From Candidatus Altimarinota bacterium (GTDB taxonomy: Bacteria; Patescibacteriota; Gracilibacteria; BD1-5; UBA6164), in assembly GCA_043730605.1 (NCBI GenBank), contig JAYTJZ010000031.1:1-44905 (forward strand): DNA of 44,905 nucleotides, in the 5' to 3' direction. Positions 44,087 through 44,905 of the stretch are shown piece by piece. The position numbers were made by a program, and so were the translations under genes. The notes beneath the pieces are model-generated. The model was not told where the DNA came from, did not search any database, and worked only from the letters and a program-made list of their open reading frames with translations. Numbering within the stretch: the stretch's first letter is position 1; each line of letters starts with the position of its first letter.

Positions 44087-44905
44087 CTATGCTTGTGAAA
44101 TAGTATCAGCGAGATTCATAATAGGTTGCATGATAGCAATCGCGATAAACCCTACCACTACGGCAAGAAATACGATGATAAATGGTTCAAGAAGTTTGTT
44201 GATAGTTGCTGCTGTATTGTCGACTTGTTCGTCATAAAAGTCTGCGACTTTGATGATAATAGTGTCGAGTTTTGCCGATTGTTCCCCTACTTGTATCATC
44301 TGTACCATGATGTCTGGAAAGAGTTTGTCTCCTTCGAGAGATTCCCATATCTTCATCCCTTGTCGAACATCATCAAGTAGGAGAAGGATTCTTTGTCTAT
44401 ATACTTCGTTTCCTACTGCATCAGCTACTATTTTGAGAGCTTCTACCACGGAAACTCCTGACGACATCAGTCCAGAAAATACTCGTGAGAACTTCGAGAG
44501 AACTACTTTTTGGATAATCATTCCAAAGATAGGAACTTTGAGCATCAGTTTGTCCCAGTTATATTTCCCAGTAGGTGTTTTTTTATAAAATGATATCGCA
44601 AAGTATACAAATACTACAAATATGATGATGAGGTACCAATAATTCACAAATATATCAGAAATCGCTACGAGTATTCTCGTACTCGGTGGAAGTTTCGATT
44701 TATCTTCAAAGATTTCGAGAAGTTTTGGAACTACGACGGTCATCATTACGACGATAACCCCCGTTACTACGAGCATGATCATCGCTGGATAGATAAGTGC
44801 TGATTTGAGTTTCCCTGATATAGATGCTATTTTTTCTACTTGATCAGCCAGAGAGCTCATCACTTCATTGAGTTTCCCTGTTTTTTCCCCAGCTCGTATG
44901 ATACC
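44087..44905 (-). CDS. pilC: type IV pilus / T2SS platform protein (GspF/PilC family), C-terminal part (5' end lies outside the window)
   Basis: ...GIIRAGEKTGKLNEVMSSLADQVEK ... ALIYPAMIMLVV ... typical second GspF repeat. Frame is open to the window edge. Stop at 44087-44089. Confidence 0.88.
   Translation of the reverse strand, partial: GIIRAGEKTGKLNEVMSSLADQVEKIASISGKLKSALIYPAMIMLVVTGVIVVMMTVVVPKLLEIFEDKSKLPPSTRILVAISDIFVNYWYLIIIFVVFVYFAISFYKKTPTGKYNWDKLMLKVPIFGMIIQKVVLSKFSRVFSGLMSSGVSVVEALKIVADAVGNEVYRQRILLLLDDVRQGMKIWESLEGDKLFPDIMVQMIQVGEQSAKLDTIIIKVADFYDEQVDNTAATINKLLEPFIIVFLAVVVGFIAIAIMQPIMNLADTISQA

Overview
AT-rich window (about one third GC by eye). It only makes sense under genetic code 25 (UGA = Gly, Gracilibacteria/Absconditabacteria-type CPR bacteria). 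Under the standard code dnaE, mfd, queA, ung, tuf and others look shattered. Reading TGA as Gly restores continuous genes, and TGA falls on invariant glycines: UDG GQDPYHG, EF-Tu ARQVGVP, the esterase GHSAG elbow, Dna[10 protein letters not shown], cyclase VGNIG.

Recoded gene content, left to right:
- Envelope genes: O-antigen-ligase-like, GT-C-like, a secreted orphan, an SLH-like esterase.
- dnaE and ung.
- A FecR / CHASE2-cyclase pair.
- A translation block: tRNA-Asp, tRNA-Ala, tuf, rpsJ, rpmB, tRNA-Leu, rpsP, KH protein.
- ftsX.
- A 14.5 kb locus (18883-33356) of seven large or Gly-rich orphan membrane and coiled-coil proteins that the standard code hides almost completely. It is interrupted by one higher-GC, UGA-free, SD-bearing ORF on the opposite strand.
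- queA, a PH-domain membrane protein, tsaB, mfd, and an FKBP lipoprotein.
- A RAYT-like Y1 transposase with a 12-bp palindrome (GAGTCCGGACTC) that also sits in frame inside queA, mfd and the transposase gene itself.
- A 1150-aa S-layer-like surface protein and a partial pilC.

All calls come from manual translation and motif recognition. No database search was run.
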